This document shows positions 18,223-27,302 of a stretch of 51,579 nt of DNA, piece by piece (position 1 is the stretch's first letter; the number at the start of each line of letters is the position of its first letter). Origin of the DNA: an uncultured Hyphomonadaceae bacterium (GTDB taxonomy: Bacteria; Pseudomonadota; Alphaproteobacteria; Caulobacterales; Hyphomonadaceae). The stretch lies in the NCBI GenBank assembly GCA_938049795.1, contig CALLCD010000186.1:1-51579 (forward strand), written 5' to 3'. Both the position numbers and the translations under genes were made by a program. Under the pieces are notes generated by a model. It worked only from the letters and a program-made list of their open reading frames with translations, did no database searches and was not told where the DNA came from.

Positions 18223-18999
18223 ATGAAAACGGTTTTGCTCGCAGGCGGGTTTGGAACGCGGATCAGTGAAGAGACGAGCATTCGGCCCAAGCCGATGGTT
18301 GAAATTGGCGGTCGGCCAATCCTCTGGCACATCATGCGCCATTATGCCTCCCACGGGCTATCCGACTTTATCATCTGCTGCGGCTACAAATCCGAGTTCA
18401 TTCGCAATTACTTCCTCAACTATCGCAACCATCTGTCCGATTTCACAATCAATCTGAAATCAGGCGAGACCGATTTCCACCACACCGAAGCCGAAGACTG
18501 GACGGTCACCGTGGTCGATACGGGTCTGCACACCATGACCGGCGGCCGGATCAAGGCGGTGCGCGACTTTATTGGAGACGAGCCATTTTGCCTGACCTAT
18601 GGCGACGGCGTCTCGGATGTGGACATCACGGCCCTGCTCGCCCACCACAAAGCGTCCGGACGCGAGGCCACTGTCACCGCCGTCTCCCAGCCGGGCCGGT
18701 TCGGCGCGCTGAGCCTCGATCCGCAAACCGGCGTCGTGCGCGGTTTCCGCGAAAAAGCGGCGAAAGATGGCGTCGTGATCAATGGCGGCTTCTTCGTGCT
18801 GAACCCAAGCGTGATCGACTTGATCGACGGGCCGGACACGGTCTGGGAACGCGAGCCGCTCGAAAAACTCGCCGACAAAGGACAATTGTCCGCCTTCCGT
18901 CATGAAGGCTTCTGGCAACCTATGGACACGCTGCGCGACCGCAATGTGCTCGAAGAGATCTGGCAGTCCGGCAATGCGCCTTGGGCTCCAAAGGCGTAA
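18223..18999 (+). CDS. rfbF: Glucose-1-phosphate cytidylyltransferase
   Basis: MKTVLLAGGFGTRISEETSIRPKPMVEIGGRPILWHIMRHYASHGLSDFIICCGYK... and ...GFWQPMDTLRDRNVLEEIW. This is the classic RfbF sequence, and the 258-aa length fits. Confidence 0.9.
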   Translation: MKTVLLAGGFGTRISEETSIRPKPMVEIGGRPILWHIMRHYASHGLSDFIICCGYKSEFIRNYFLNYRNHLSDFTINLKSGETDFHHTEAEDWTVTVVDTGLHTMTGGRIKAVRDFIGDEPFCLTYGDGVSDVDITALLAHHKASGREATVTAVSQPGRFGALSLDPQTGVVRGFREKAAKDGVVINGGFFVLNPSVIDLIDGPDTVWEREPLEKLADKGQLSAFRHEGFWQPMDTLRDRNVLEEIWQSGNAPWAPKA

Positions 19000-19034
19000 G
19001 GCCGAAACAGGGCTAAGCGCGGACAGAGTTTGAT

Positions 19035-20186
19035 ATGGCCACCAATATCGTCTTTTTCGGCCATGACGCCGCTGACGCTGCCATTCGCCGCCGCATGCGC
19101 TCATTTGCGTCCGATGGCTGCGCGGTGACCGGCTTCATGATGCGCCGCGCAGATCCCAAGCCGACCGAATGGACCAATATAGATTTGGGCCAGACCCGCA
19201 ACGGCGCATTCCGCCAGCGCATCTCCATGATCTTCAAAGGGGCAGACAAAGCGGTGGCCGACGGCGCCGAGGCCCTGCGCACGGCGGATATCTTCTATGC
19301 CCGCAATCTCGACATGTTGGCCTCCGCCTTCCTCGCCAAGCGGAAGCTGAAGCTCAAAACGCCCGTCATCTATGAGTGCCTCGATGTCCACCGGCTCATG
19401 GTCGGCACCGGCCCTGTCGCGCGGACCCTGCGTTTCATCGAGCGCCGACTGCTCAAACGCTGCGCCGGCCTCGTCGTCAGCTCGCCAGGGTTTTTGGGCA
19501 ATTATTTCGAAATCCACCACAAAGGCCTCTACCACGCCCATCTGGTCGAAAACCGGCTGGTCACGGGCGCTGATTACGGTCCCCGTCCAAACAAGCAGGC
19601 AGCCAGAACGAGCGGGCCTTTGCGGCTCGGCTGGTACGGCATATTGCGATGCTCGCGCAGTCTCGACCTTCTGGCCAGCCTCGCCGACACGCTTGGCACG
19701 GGAATCGAAATCCAGCTCCACGGCAAAGTCGCCGCCAATGAAATCCCCAATTTCGAAGAAATCGTCGCAGGCCGCGAAAATATGATCTTTGCCGGTGCAT
19801 ATAAATCCCCCGAAGATCTCGCCCGGATTTACGAACGCTCCGATCTGGTCTGGGCCGGTGACTTTATGGAAGCGGGTTACAATTCGGTCTGGCTCCTGCC
19901 CAACCGCATTTATGAGGGCGGATATTACGCCACCCCCGCCATCGCCCCCGCAGGCACCCAGACCGCCCACTGGCTCAACACACACGCCTGCGGATTTACC
20001 ATAAACGAACCTCTTGAGGACACATTGATCCAACTGGTTCAGCATTTGCAAGAGGTCGGTGTAGAGAACAGCGAAGAGATTCAGCAAAAACGGCAAGTTC
20101 TGCTAGACTTGCCGAGCGAGACATTTATTCAGCCACATGGCGAGATGGGGTCCATCATCGCACATGTATTGCAATCGAGGCTTTAG
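19035..20186 (+). CDS. Glycosyltransferase (GT-B / group-1-like; possibly ExoL-like)
   Basis: 383-aa ORF between rfbF and the polymerase gene. The N-terminus NIVFFGHDAADAAIRRRMRSFASDG and the overall length resemble alphaproteobacterial EPS glycosyltransferases. The family call is from memory only. Confidence 0.6.
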   Translation: MATNIVFFGHDAADAAIRRRMRSFASDGCAVTGFMMRRADPKPTEWTNIDLGQTRNGAFRQRISMIFKGADKAVADGAEALRTADIFYARNLDMLASAFLAKRKLKLKTPVIYECLDVHRLMVGTGPVARTLRFIERRLLKRCAGLVVSSPGFLGNYFEIHHKGLYHAHLVENRLVTGADYGPRPNKQAARTSGPLRLGWYGILRCSRSLDLLASLADTLGTGIEIQLHGKVAANEIPNFEEIVAGRENMIFAGAYKSPEDLARIYERSDLVWAGDFMEAGYNSVWLLPNRIYEGGYYATPAIAPAGTQTAHWLNTHACGFTINEPLEDTLIQLVQHLQEVGVENSEEIQQKRQVLLDLPSETFIQPHGEMGSIIAHVLQSRL

Positions 20187-20188
20187 AC

Positions 20189-21481
20189 ATGACGTCTGCC
20201 AACATAAAGCCCCAATTCGGGTATCAGGAAGTGATGATGCCGCGCCCGCCCGCACAATGGTGGGAGCTGGTGCCTGTCTCATTATGGTTTATCGTCACCT
20301 TTATCCCCTTTCCCTATGATGAATTGCTGCTCTATCCGCTCGCGCTCTATTTTGCGGGCATGTTTGCGTTGCGTTATGATCAGATGGTGCCGCTTGCGCT
20401 GAAATGCTGGCCGCTTTTTCTACTTCCCGCACTGGCAAGCATCTCGATGTTCTGGTCACCCGTCGGCACACAGGCGCTGCGCTTCGGCATCATGATGACC
20501 CTGACCGTCATCATCGCGATCTATATTAGCGGCCGGTTGACGGGGCGACAGATAATATTGGCCGTGTTTGGCGCCTGTGCCTTTTCGGTGCTGATTGCCA
20601 TTCCAGAATCGCGCTCGCTCGACGATCAGATCGGGCTTTACACGCAGAAAAACATCTTCGCGATCCGGATGATGTTGGCCATGCTACTATCGCTGGGGGT
20701 CGCGCTGGACGCCAAACAGCCGATCCTTGCACGCGGCCTCGGCTGGCTCCTGATCCCCGTCACACTCTATCTCGTCCTGATCGCCGAATCCGCAACCGCG
20801 CTCGTCCTGTCAGCCGCCAACCTCCTTGTGCTTGGCTCGATCTGGATGTTCTGGATCAATCTACGGCATATCAGGCATTTGCGGACGCTTGTCCTGTCTT
20901 TGATGTTCCTTCTCATCCTGATCGGGTTTCTCTTGTTCATGAACCTGCCGAACAATGTTTTCGTCCAAAGCGTGCTCGAATCGCTCGGCAAGGACGCCAC
21001 CCTGACCGGACGCACAGATTTGTGGGCCAATGCCTCACGGATCTCCGCCGAGCAGCCCTGGCTGGGTGTCGGTGCAGAAGGGTTCTGGCAGCCCTGGGTT
21101 GGCGAGGCGGAAACGATTCTCGATTGGTCATATAAAGACCCGGGCACCAAATTCTCGTTTCACTCAGCCTATTATGAAGTGCTGGTACATCTGGGCTATG
21201 TCGGGCTTGGCCTGCTCATCTTCCAGGTTGGCTGGTGTTTCCTCAACTGCGTGCGCAGCTGGACCGTAGACCAGAATATTGCCACGTCGATGTTCCTGCT
21301 GATCGGCGTTATCACCCTCATCACCAGCTTCACTGAATCCTATCTCTACAGCGTTCTGGACATCAGCGCGATCCTGTTCTTCTGCGCCGCCATTGTTCCG
21401 ATTTCGCAGTTCGTGCGCATGCGCAAAATGCTGGTCCCAGTGCCGCTCGACCAACCTGCCGCTCCACCTGCACCTGCGTGA
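20189..21481 (+). CDS. O-antigen ligase/polymerase family membrane protein (Wzy-like, ExoQ-like)
   Basis: 430-aa ORF with about 10-12 TM helices. It has a periplasmic loop with the Wzy_C-like pattern GRTDLWANASRISAEQPWLGVGAEGFW. It starts 2 nt after the previous stop, and its own stop overlaps the next gene. Confidence 0.75.
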   Translation: MTSANIKPQFGYQEVMMPRPPAQWWELVPVSLWFIVTFIPFPYDELLLYPLALYFAGMFALRYDQMVPLALKCWPLFLLPALASISMFWSPVGTQALRFGIMMTLTVIIAIYISGRLTGRQIILAVFGACAFSVLIAIPESRSLDDQIGLYTQKNIFAIRMMLAMLLSLGVALDAKQPILARGLGWLLIPVTLYLVLIAESATALVLSAANLLVLGSIWMFWINLRHIRHLRTLVLSLMFLLILIGFLLFMNLPNNVFVQSVLESLGKDATLTGRTDLWANASRISAEQPWLGVGAEGFWQPWVGEAETILDWSYKDPGTKFSFHSAYYEVLVHLGYVGLGLLIFQVGWCFLNCVRSWTVDQNIATSMFLLIGVITLITSFTESYLYSVLDISAILFFCAAIVPISQFVRMRKMLVPVPLDQPAAPPAPA

Positions 21482-22437
21482 CCGCGATGACGGCGATTGA
21501 TGTCAGCGTAATTATGCCCGCATGGAAATCTGCGGCCTTTATCGAACGGGCCATCACATCCGTTTTGGTCCAACAGGATGTTTCGTTCGAGCTTATCATT
21601 GTCGATGATGCCTCTCCGGACGACACCGGCGCCATCGTCAAGGCGGCTGCAGCCAGCGATCCACGCATCATCTATGACCGGCTCGATGAAAATATGGGCC
21701 CCTCTGGCGCGCGCAATCGGGCAATAGAGCTCTCAAATGGGGCATTTATTGCCGTACTTGATGATGATGATGTCATCGCGCCCAACCGGCTGGCAACGCT
21801 GCTCAAGGCGGCTAAGGCGCATACGGCCGACATCATCGTCGACAATATGCAACCCATACACTGGCCCGCAACCGACCCCGGCCAGGAACGGTTTCTCGAC
21901 ATTCCGCCAGACGCCGCCCCGCGCCCGATTTCACTTAAGGACTATATTGACCCCGCCACAGAAAAGCGGCTGGGGCAGGGGCTTGGATACCTTAAACCTC
22001 TGTTCCGCAAAGCAACCCTAGACCGGCTAGGCCTGCGCTATGATCTGAACCTACGTAACAGCGAGGACTTCTATCTGGTCGCGGAAATGCTGGCGCTGGA
22101 CTGCAAAATGGTCCTGATCGCCGATGCCGGCTATTTCTATACGATCCGCGAAGGTTCCTTATCCTATCGGCTCAGCGCTGATTATGCCGAGGCGATTGTC
22201 GAGGCAGAAAGGAGCTTTCGAGCCCGACATGCCATGAAATTTGATCCGCCTACTGCCCGCGCCTCCAAGCGCCAGCTCAACCAGCGACTCGACTATTTTG
22301 CATTTGCAAAACTGGTCGAAGCCTTGAAAGCACGCAATGTGTTCCAAGCAATACGAACCCTCGCCACACATGTCCGTTCACTGCCATTTATGGTTTGGAC
22401 GCTGGCGCAGATCGCCATAAGCAAATTACGCAAATGA
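21478..22437 (+). CDS. Family 2 glycosyltransferase (ExoO/ExoU-like architecture)
   Basis: IDVSVIMPAWKSAAFIERAITSVL...LIIVDDASPDDT...AVLDDDDVIAPNRL. The GTG at 21478 overlaps the previous stop (GTGA). An alternative ATG lies at 21487. Confidence 0.85.
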   Translation: MTAMTAIDVSVIMPAWKSAAFIERAITSVLVQQDVSFELIIVDDASPDDTGAIVKAAAASDPRIIYDRLDENMGPSGARNRAIELSNGAFIAVLDDDDVIAPNRLATLLKAAKAHTADIIVDNMQPIHWPATDPGQERFLDIPPDAAPRPISLKDYIDPATEKRLGQGLGYLKPLFRKATLDRLGLRYDLNLRNSEDFYLVAEMLALDCKMVLIADAGYFYTIREGSLSYRLSADYAEAIVEAERSFRARHAMKFDPPTARASKRQLNQRLDYFAFAKLVEALKARNVFQAIRTLATHVRSLPFMVWTLAQIAISKLRK

Positions 22438-22585
22438 CAATAATCCGTATGACAACGGTAGACATTCAGGATTGCGAGCCCGATTGCAGATACAGACCCC
22501 GCCCGCTTGCATTATTGTGGCGTTGGAAAATATGGGATCAAGGGCGGAGTACCGCGTCCTGATTCAAAAAATGCCGAAAATATTT

Positions 22586-22795
22586 CTAGCCGAAAAAGCG
22601 AAGACCGCAATAAATTACAGTGCCCCAAAACGCGCCACAAACGCCAATGACGAGCAACGCAGATTGCCAGACGGGCCAACGGATTGTGTCGTCATAATAG
22701 ACCACACCGTTTTTCACCGTGCGGGAGTTGGACTTGAATTTGAAGTCGGCAGCGGTATGGGTCGTCGCTGGTAAAGCCTGATTTGTGTCCTGCAT
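22586..22795 (-). CDS. Small (69-aa) C-terminally membrane-anchored protein, divergent from the priming transferase (ExoX/Psi-like by position only)
   Basis: MQDTNQALPATT...WPVWQSALLVIGVCGAFWGTVIYCGLRFFG, with one clear TM helix. A good RBS (AGAGGA) lies 9 nt upstream of the ATG at 22795. The track ORF extends to 22885. I recognise no homology. Confidence 0.4.
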   Translation of the reverse strand: MQDTNQALPATTHTAADFKFKSNSRTVKNGVVYYDDTIRWPVWQSALLVIGVCGAFWGTVIYCGLRFFG

Positions 22796-23260
22796 CTTTC
22801 CGATCCTCTCTTCGCTTTTTCGATTGAGATTCTTTTGTTCTTGCTGGGTTTCCCAGTACAACAAATCCCTCGTCAACAATCCCATATGACATTCAAATAA
22901 TTAAATATGGCCTAAAGAACCTCTTAAATTTACAACGAATCAAATAAAAACTTACTCTACGAAAACAGCCTGCCATACAAACAAACTAGGCTGAATACAC
23001 AAATAGTATAAGGCAAAATTTTGATTATTGGCGTAACGACTTGGTGAACATAGCCAAAACGAAGCGTTAAGATAAATCGGACAAGTAGGCAAATGTCGGG
23101 CGCATATGGCGAATATGAGAGCAATCAACCTCGAAAATGGAGCCAGTTTTTTCGAACGGCGTAACAGATGATATCCAAAATCGGGAACCGTATCACTGGA
23201 AGGCGTCGTCTAAAAACGACATTGGAGAGTGACACTTCGCATAAAACCGCGACTGATGTT

Positions 23261-23304
23261 TCTATTCGCCTGAGTGGAGAAAAGGCTGGGCAGAGGCGAA
23301 TAGA
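23261..23304. promoter_or_regulatory. 11-bp perfect inverted repeat in the AT-rich region upstream of the priming transferase
   Basis: TCTATTCGCCT (23261-23271) and AGGCGAATAGA (23294-23304) with a 22-nt spacer. It lies about 250 nt upstream of the ATG at 23556. Confidence 0.35.
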
Positions 23305-23555
23305 TCGTCTTTACACTTGATTAAGGCTGCGAGAGAAGCGATTAATGAATTGGATCGAGAGACAAGCCCTTGGACAGGGGGCCTCTCAGGTTTTCTGAAT
23401 AGATTGCCTCCTGGGGAGGAAAGCGATCAGGATGTTTCATGACAGCCTCAACTTTGGAGGTTCATGGGGAGTTCAGCGGAAATAGTCCAAGAGTTGGCGT
23501 GGAACTTGTTTGGTACGTGTCAAACTGGTTCAACTTAGTAAATTGGGACAAGTCT

Positions 23556-24251
23556 ATGAAATACGAGTCAGCTGTAGAAAGCAGCGCGAACAGGTCACCA
23601 GCTTCGGCGGAAAATCCGCCAACGACCTATAGCAAGGCATCTCTGAGCACGACCAAACGGATTCTCGATCTCTTGATCGCAATCCCGGTTCTGTTCTTTT
23701 TGTCGCCATTCATGCTGCTCGTAGGATTACTCATCCGCCTGCAAGATGGTGGTCCGGTCTTTTTTGTTCAGGAACGGCGAGGCTTTGGCGGCACGTCTTT
23801 CACCTGCATGAAGTTCCGCACAATGCGCTCCGATGCCGAGGATGTTCTGGGCAACCTGCTTGCGACCAATGCAGATATGGCCTCCGAATGGCGCACAACC
23901 CAGAAACTTCGCGACGATCCGCGGATCACGAAAATGGGCCATTTCTTGCGCAAGACAAGCATTGATGAACTGCCCCAATTGCTCAACATCATCCGTGGAG
24001 AAATGTCCGTGGTTGGTCCTCGTCCAATTGTTGAGGACGAAGTGCGACGCTATGGCGATCACATCAAGAGCTACGATTCCGTCCGGCCAGGCGTAACCGG
24101 CCTGTGGCAGATCAATGGCCGCAATGACACGACCTATGAAGAACGCGTTGCGCTTGATGTCAAATATGCGGAGAATGTATCCGTGTTCAGTGATCTGATC
24201 ATTCTGGCCCGCTCTGTCCCGGCTATCTTGCTGCGGCGCGGCGCATACTAG
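23556..24251 (+). CDS. Undecaprenyl-phosphate hexose-1-phosphate transferase (bacterial sugar transferase, ExoY/WbaP C-terminal-type)
   Basis: KRILDLLIAIPVLFFLSPFMLLVGLLIRLQDGGPVFFVQERRG...KFRTM...DELPQLLNIIRGEMSVVGPRP...PGVTGLWQINGRND. The start MKYES (23556) gives 231 aa, which is ExoY-sized. The track ORF starts at 23439. Confidence 0.9.
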   Translation: MKYESAVESSANRSPASAENPPTTYSKASLSTTKRILDLLIAIPVLFFLSPFMLLVGLLIRLQDGGPVFFVQERRGFGGTSFTCMKFRTMRSDAEDVLGNLLATNADMASEWRTTQKLRDDPRITKMGHFLRKTSIDELPQLLNIIRGEMSVVGPRPIVEDEVRRYGDHIKSYDSVRPGVTGLWQINGRNDTTYEERVALDVKYAENVSVFSDLIILARSVPAILLRRGAY

Positions 24252-24291
24252 GCCACCGCACGACAAATCGGTCCCAAAAGACAGAAACTCA

Positions 24292-24326
24292 AAACGCGTC
24301 TCCCCCTGAAACGGGAGGCGCGTTTT
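24292..24326. terminator. Bidirectional intrinsic terminator between convergent genes
   Basis: A 13-bp stem: AAACGCGTCTCCC (24292-24304) pairs with GGGAGGCGCGTTT (24313-24325), with one G-U pair. It is flanked by an A-run and a T-run. Confidence 0.65.
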
Positions 24327-24366
24327 CTCTGTTGTCAGACAAACGAATAAAGGCCAGACACCGCGC

Positions 24367-25377
24367 TTAGCGCAGGAGCCATTGGCGGATAAAACCCGCT
24401 GCCCAAGTGATATGCATCGTCCCCGAGGCAAGGCCGGCAAGCAGCCCGCAAATTGACTGTTTCTTAAGCGCTATAAAGACAGACGCTGCCAGGAGCGCCG
24501 TCATATAAAACATTGGATAAATAAGAAAAAATGGCCAGACAAAGGCCCCAAGACTGGCCCCGACAAGGCCGAGCAGGTTCACAACCGGCACCAATTGGCG
24601 CAATTTGGGACGCGCTTTGTGCTTGATCAGATTGCGCGCCCGGCCCCGCCCATACGCATAATACTGCTTACCAAGCGCCCTAACGGTCGCGCGCGGAAAA
24701 TAGGATAATCTAATATCCGCATCGAGCCAGATCTTGCCGCCCGCCAGCGCGAGCCGGTGATCATATTCAGCATCCTCATTGTGCGAGAAGCTCTCATCAT
24801 AGCCGTCAATCTTGCGGAAATACTCAATATCAAAGCCCGCATGATGACCATGATCATAATAGCCCGACGCCGTCCCCCCGCGATGGGCAGACCCGCCTGA
24901 TCCGAGCGGCGTGTCCACAATCCACGCATTCGCTTTCTGGAAACAACCCGTCCCCACCGCATCCATACACACCACAACGGAGGCCGCCCCCGTAGCCACC
25001 ATCGCATCGGCCACTTGAGTGACAAAGCCTGCCGGATAGATCGAATGCGCATCACACCGGACAAGATACCGCGTCCCGGCGGGAGCAGATTTCGCGACGA
25101 GATTGATCGCAGCGCTCTGCAAGCGTTTCGGATTGTCGATCACCGACAGATTGGGAAACTCGTCCCCCAGCATACGAACAATCTCGACCGTCCGGTCCGT
25201 GCTGCCGCCATCAGCCACCACAATGGGCACATCCGCCAATCGGGCGTCCCCTGCAAGCAGAGAGCGGATACAGGTCTCGATATGGGCTTCCTCATTGAGG
25301 GTCGGAATCGCAACAAGAATGCTGCGAGCCTCCGCCAAACCCGATTTGTCCGGTTCAGTATGTGTCTGCGTCCCCAT
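24367..25377 (-). CDS. Family 2 glycosyltransferase with C-terminal TM helices (ExoA-like)
   Basis: ILVAIPTLNEEAHIETCIRSLL...VVADGGSTDRT...HNEDAEYDHRL, followed by two or three C-terminal hydrophobic helices. The start is chosen at MGTQT (25377), 10 nt after the GH16 stop. The track ORF extends to 25485. Confidence 0.85.
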   Translation of the reverse strand: MGTQTHTEPDKSGLAEARSILVAIPTLNEEAHIETCIRSLLAGDARLADVPIVVADGGSTDRTVEIVRMLGDEFPNLSVIDNPKRLQSAAINLVAKSAPAGTRYLVRCDAHSIYPAGFVTQVADAMVATGAASVVVCMDAVGTGCFQKANAWIVDTPLGSGGSAHRGGTASGYYDHGHHAGFDIEYFRKIDGYDESFSHNEDAEYDHRLALAGGKIWLDADIRLSYFPRATVRALGKQYYAYGRGRARNLIKHKARPKLRQLVPVVNLLGLVGASLGAFVWPFFLIYPMFYMTALLAASVFIALKKQSICGLLAGLASGTMHITWAAGFIRQWLLR

Positions 25378-25387
25378 CCTGTGCCCC

Positions 25388-26284
25388 TTAGTCCCTCTTG
25401 TCCACCGCGACAGCCTGTCCGGTCTCCTCACCGACGGGTTTAACCCCCGCCCAGTTATCAGAACATTGCGGCGTCTGCAGATCATCAGACCGGCGGAACG
25501 ACATACATTTATAGTCCGCCCTCACCGGCGCAGAAAATGTCGGCGCGCCATGCCATTTATATTGCTGCTGTGTGCCGGTCCACAGGTTCGCAATAATCCG
25601 CCCGGGCGTTTGCGGCACAGGTGTCGTCTCTTCGGGGCGCTCATAGACCAGTTCATTGTCCACATACCAGCGGATCGTCTCCGGCGTCCATTCAAACGCA
25701 TAGAGGTGGAAGTCCTTGGTTGCATCAAACCCGAGCTCATGCCAGAGCGCGGCCCCCTCTTGGCCATTGGTAAACCAGTTCAAATAAATCCGGCGCGTAT
25801 CCTTGCCCAGCACTTCGAAATCAATCTCGTCATGCGGATCGCCAAAATAAGGCCCCGTATGAGTGAAAAACGAGGTGACCAATCCGCTGCCCACAGGCGC
25901 ACGCATCACGACCTCATAGCGGCCAAACCCGTAGCGTCCGCGCCTTTGATATTCGCCGGACGTATACGCATTGGTCGGGCTCGCCTGATCCGACAGCCGC
26001 AGCGACATGCCCTCGGCATCAAACCCGATATGATCGGTCGCCCAGCCCACTTGCATGAAATGCCCGACATTATCGAAATCAGAGCGATACCACCCCTCAT
26101 CATCATGCATATCCTCGAACCAGTTTACGAAACTGGCCCCCGATTTATAGGTATCATAAGACAAATCCGGGCGCACAAGGGGCTTGGGCAGGAGAAAATA
26201 CCCAATAATCAGAACGATCAGCAGCGCAAAAAGCAAAAACCAAACGCCAAACCGTGCCGGAGCTTTGGGAGAATCATCAGCCAT
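25388..26284 (-). CDS. Glycoside hydrolase family 16 endo-beta-glycanase (ExoK-like)
   Basis: N-terminal membrane/signal anchor FGVWFLLFALLIVLIIGYFLLP. The GH16 catalytic motif is DEIDFEVLG. WTPETIRWYVDNELV is also typical. Confidence 0.9.
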   Translation of the reverse strand: MADDSPKAPARFGVWFLLFALLIVLIIGYFLLPKPLVRPDLSYDTYKSGASFVNWFEDMHDDEGWYRSDFDNVGHFMQVGWATDHIGFDAEGMSLRLSDQASPTNAYTSGEYQRRGRYGFGRYEVVMRAPVGSGLVTSFFTHTGPYFGDPHDEIDFEVLGKDTRRIYLNWFTNGQEGAALWHELGFDATKDFHLYAFEWTPETIRWYVDNELVYERPEETTPVPQTPGRIIANLWTGTQQQYKWHGAPTFSAPVRADYKCMSFRRSDDLQTPQCSDNWAGVKPVGEETGQAVAVDKRD

Positions 26285-26657
26285 AAGCAGGTCTTTCCTT
26301 GCGCCATTGCAGCGGTTTCGCGTTCAGATCATTAGATCGCCAGGGTTAAAGCTTGGCAATCATCACCGCTCGAACTTGCAATAGAGGGGCCAGACAGCAG
26401 GCGTCTAGCAGGTTTTGCACCCTGACCCTTTTATCAAGGATCAGAGAGTTTCAACGCTGACACCCCCTGAATATATGAATAAAAGATTAACGCTTGCATC
26501 CGCAGCCGCTTTGTGATGAATGCTCGGCTGGTTTTGAAAGGTGACAGTCTCATCGAGTTGAGGTTTTTAGCGCGCCCAGTGTCTCCATGAACCTGCCGCA
26601 TCTTGAACACATTCAGAGTGTTTTCAGACAGTTCAGTTTACGATTATGGAGTTCCCC

Positions 26658-27233
26658 ATGTTCAGACCCCTACGAACCCTTCTGGTGTCCACGGTTGCGC
26701 TCGCCGCAGCCGGACCGGCACTGGCCGACGACCAGATCCACATTCTCGGCTGGCTCGAGCACGCCAATGTCACCTCGGTCGACATCCGCGTCGATGCCAA
26801 GCTCGATACCGGCGCCAAAACATCCGCCATTCACGCAGAAATCCTCAGCCGTGACGCACTCAACGAAGATGAAGTGCGCGAATTGGGTCTTGAAACCGAC
26901 GATGATGAGGAAATCCTAGACGTCAGCGACGTAGCCGAGGACAATCGCGGTAAGGTCGTTGTGTTCCGGATCTCCAATGAAGACGGCGAAGACCGCATTC
27001 TCGAGCGCGAAGTGATCCGCACCGTGTCGATCAAAAAGCGCGGTGGCGGCGTCGAAAAACGCCCGGTTGTCGAACTGGAGCTGTGCATTGCCGGCATTCT
27101 CGTCGATGGCGAAGTGAGCCTTGCCGACCGGACCACATTCAACTATCCACTCCTGATCGGTCGCGACATGCTTGAAGAGGGTGATATCGCCGTCAATCCT
27201 GACGCTGATTACACCGCGTCCGCTCGGTGCTAG
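26658..27233 (+). CDS. Secreted retropepsin-like peptidase (COG4067 / so-called ATP-dependent zinc protease, RimB-like)
   Basis: Signal peptide MFRPLRTLLVSTVALAAAGPALA|DD. The aspartic-peptidase-like motif is VDAKLDTGAKTSAIHA. The C-terminal block NYPLLIGRDML is present. An acidic insert sits in the middle. GGAG lies 6 nt upstream of the ATG at 26658, and an alternative ATG is at 26646. Confidence 0.8.
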   Translation: MFRPLRTLLVSTVALAAAGPALADDQIHILGWLEHANVTSVDIRVDAKLDTGAKTSAIHAEILSRDALNEDEVRELGLETDDDEEILDVSDVAEDNRGKVVVFRISNEDGEDRILEREVIRTVSIKKRGGGVEKRPVVELELCIAGILVDGEVSLADRTTFNYPLLIGRDMLEEGDIAVNPDADYTASARC

Positions 27234-27302
27234 CGACATAGACACAAGCCAGAGCCAGCGGGCGGGAAACTCGCGGGCTCAGCGCGGGAGGGTACCTCAT
27301 TT

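Noticed and set aside
22472-22774. A 100-aa plus-strand ORF overlapping the small minus-strand membrane ORF.
   Set aside because: It shows no hydrophobic or domain pattern and no RBS. The minus-strand frame has a clean TM helix and an AGAGGA RBS. Only one of the two can reasonably be real, and even that one is low confidence.
22886-23438. The possibility that the AT-rich gap hides a degraded mobile element, tRNA or integration scar.
   Set aside because: I found no terminal inverted repeats, no direct-repeat pair, no transposase or integrase fragment, and no tRNA-like cloverleaf on reading both strands. The small ATG-initiated peptides (18-23 aa) there have no supporting signals.
23439-23555. 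A longer N-terminus for the priming sugar transferase (track start at 23439).
   Set aside because: The extra 39 residues are not hydrophobic and do not resemble ExoY/WbaP N-termini. The MKYES start gives an ExoY-like length of about 231 aa, with GGGA upstream. The longer form is kept as an alternative only.
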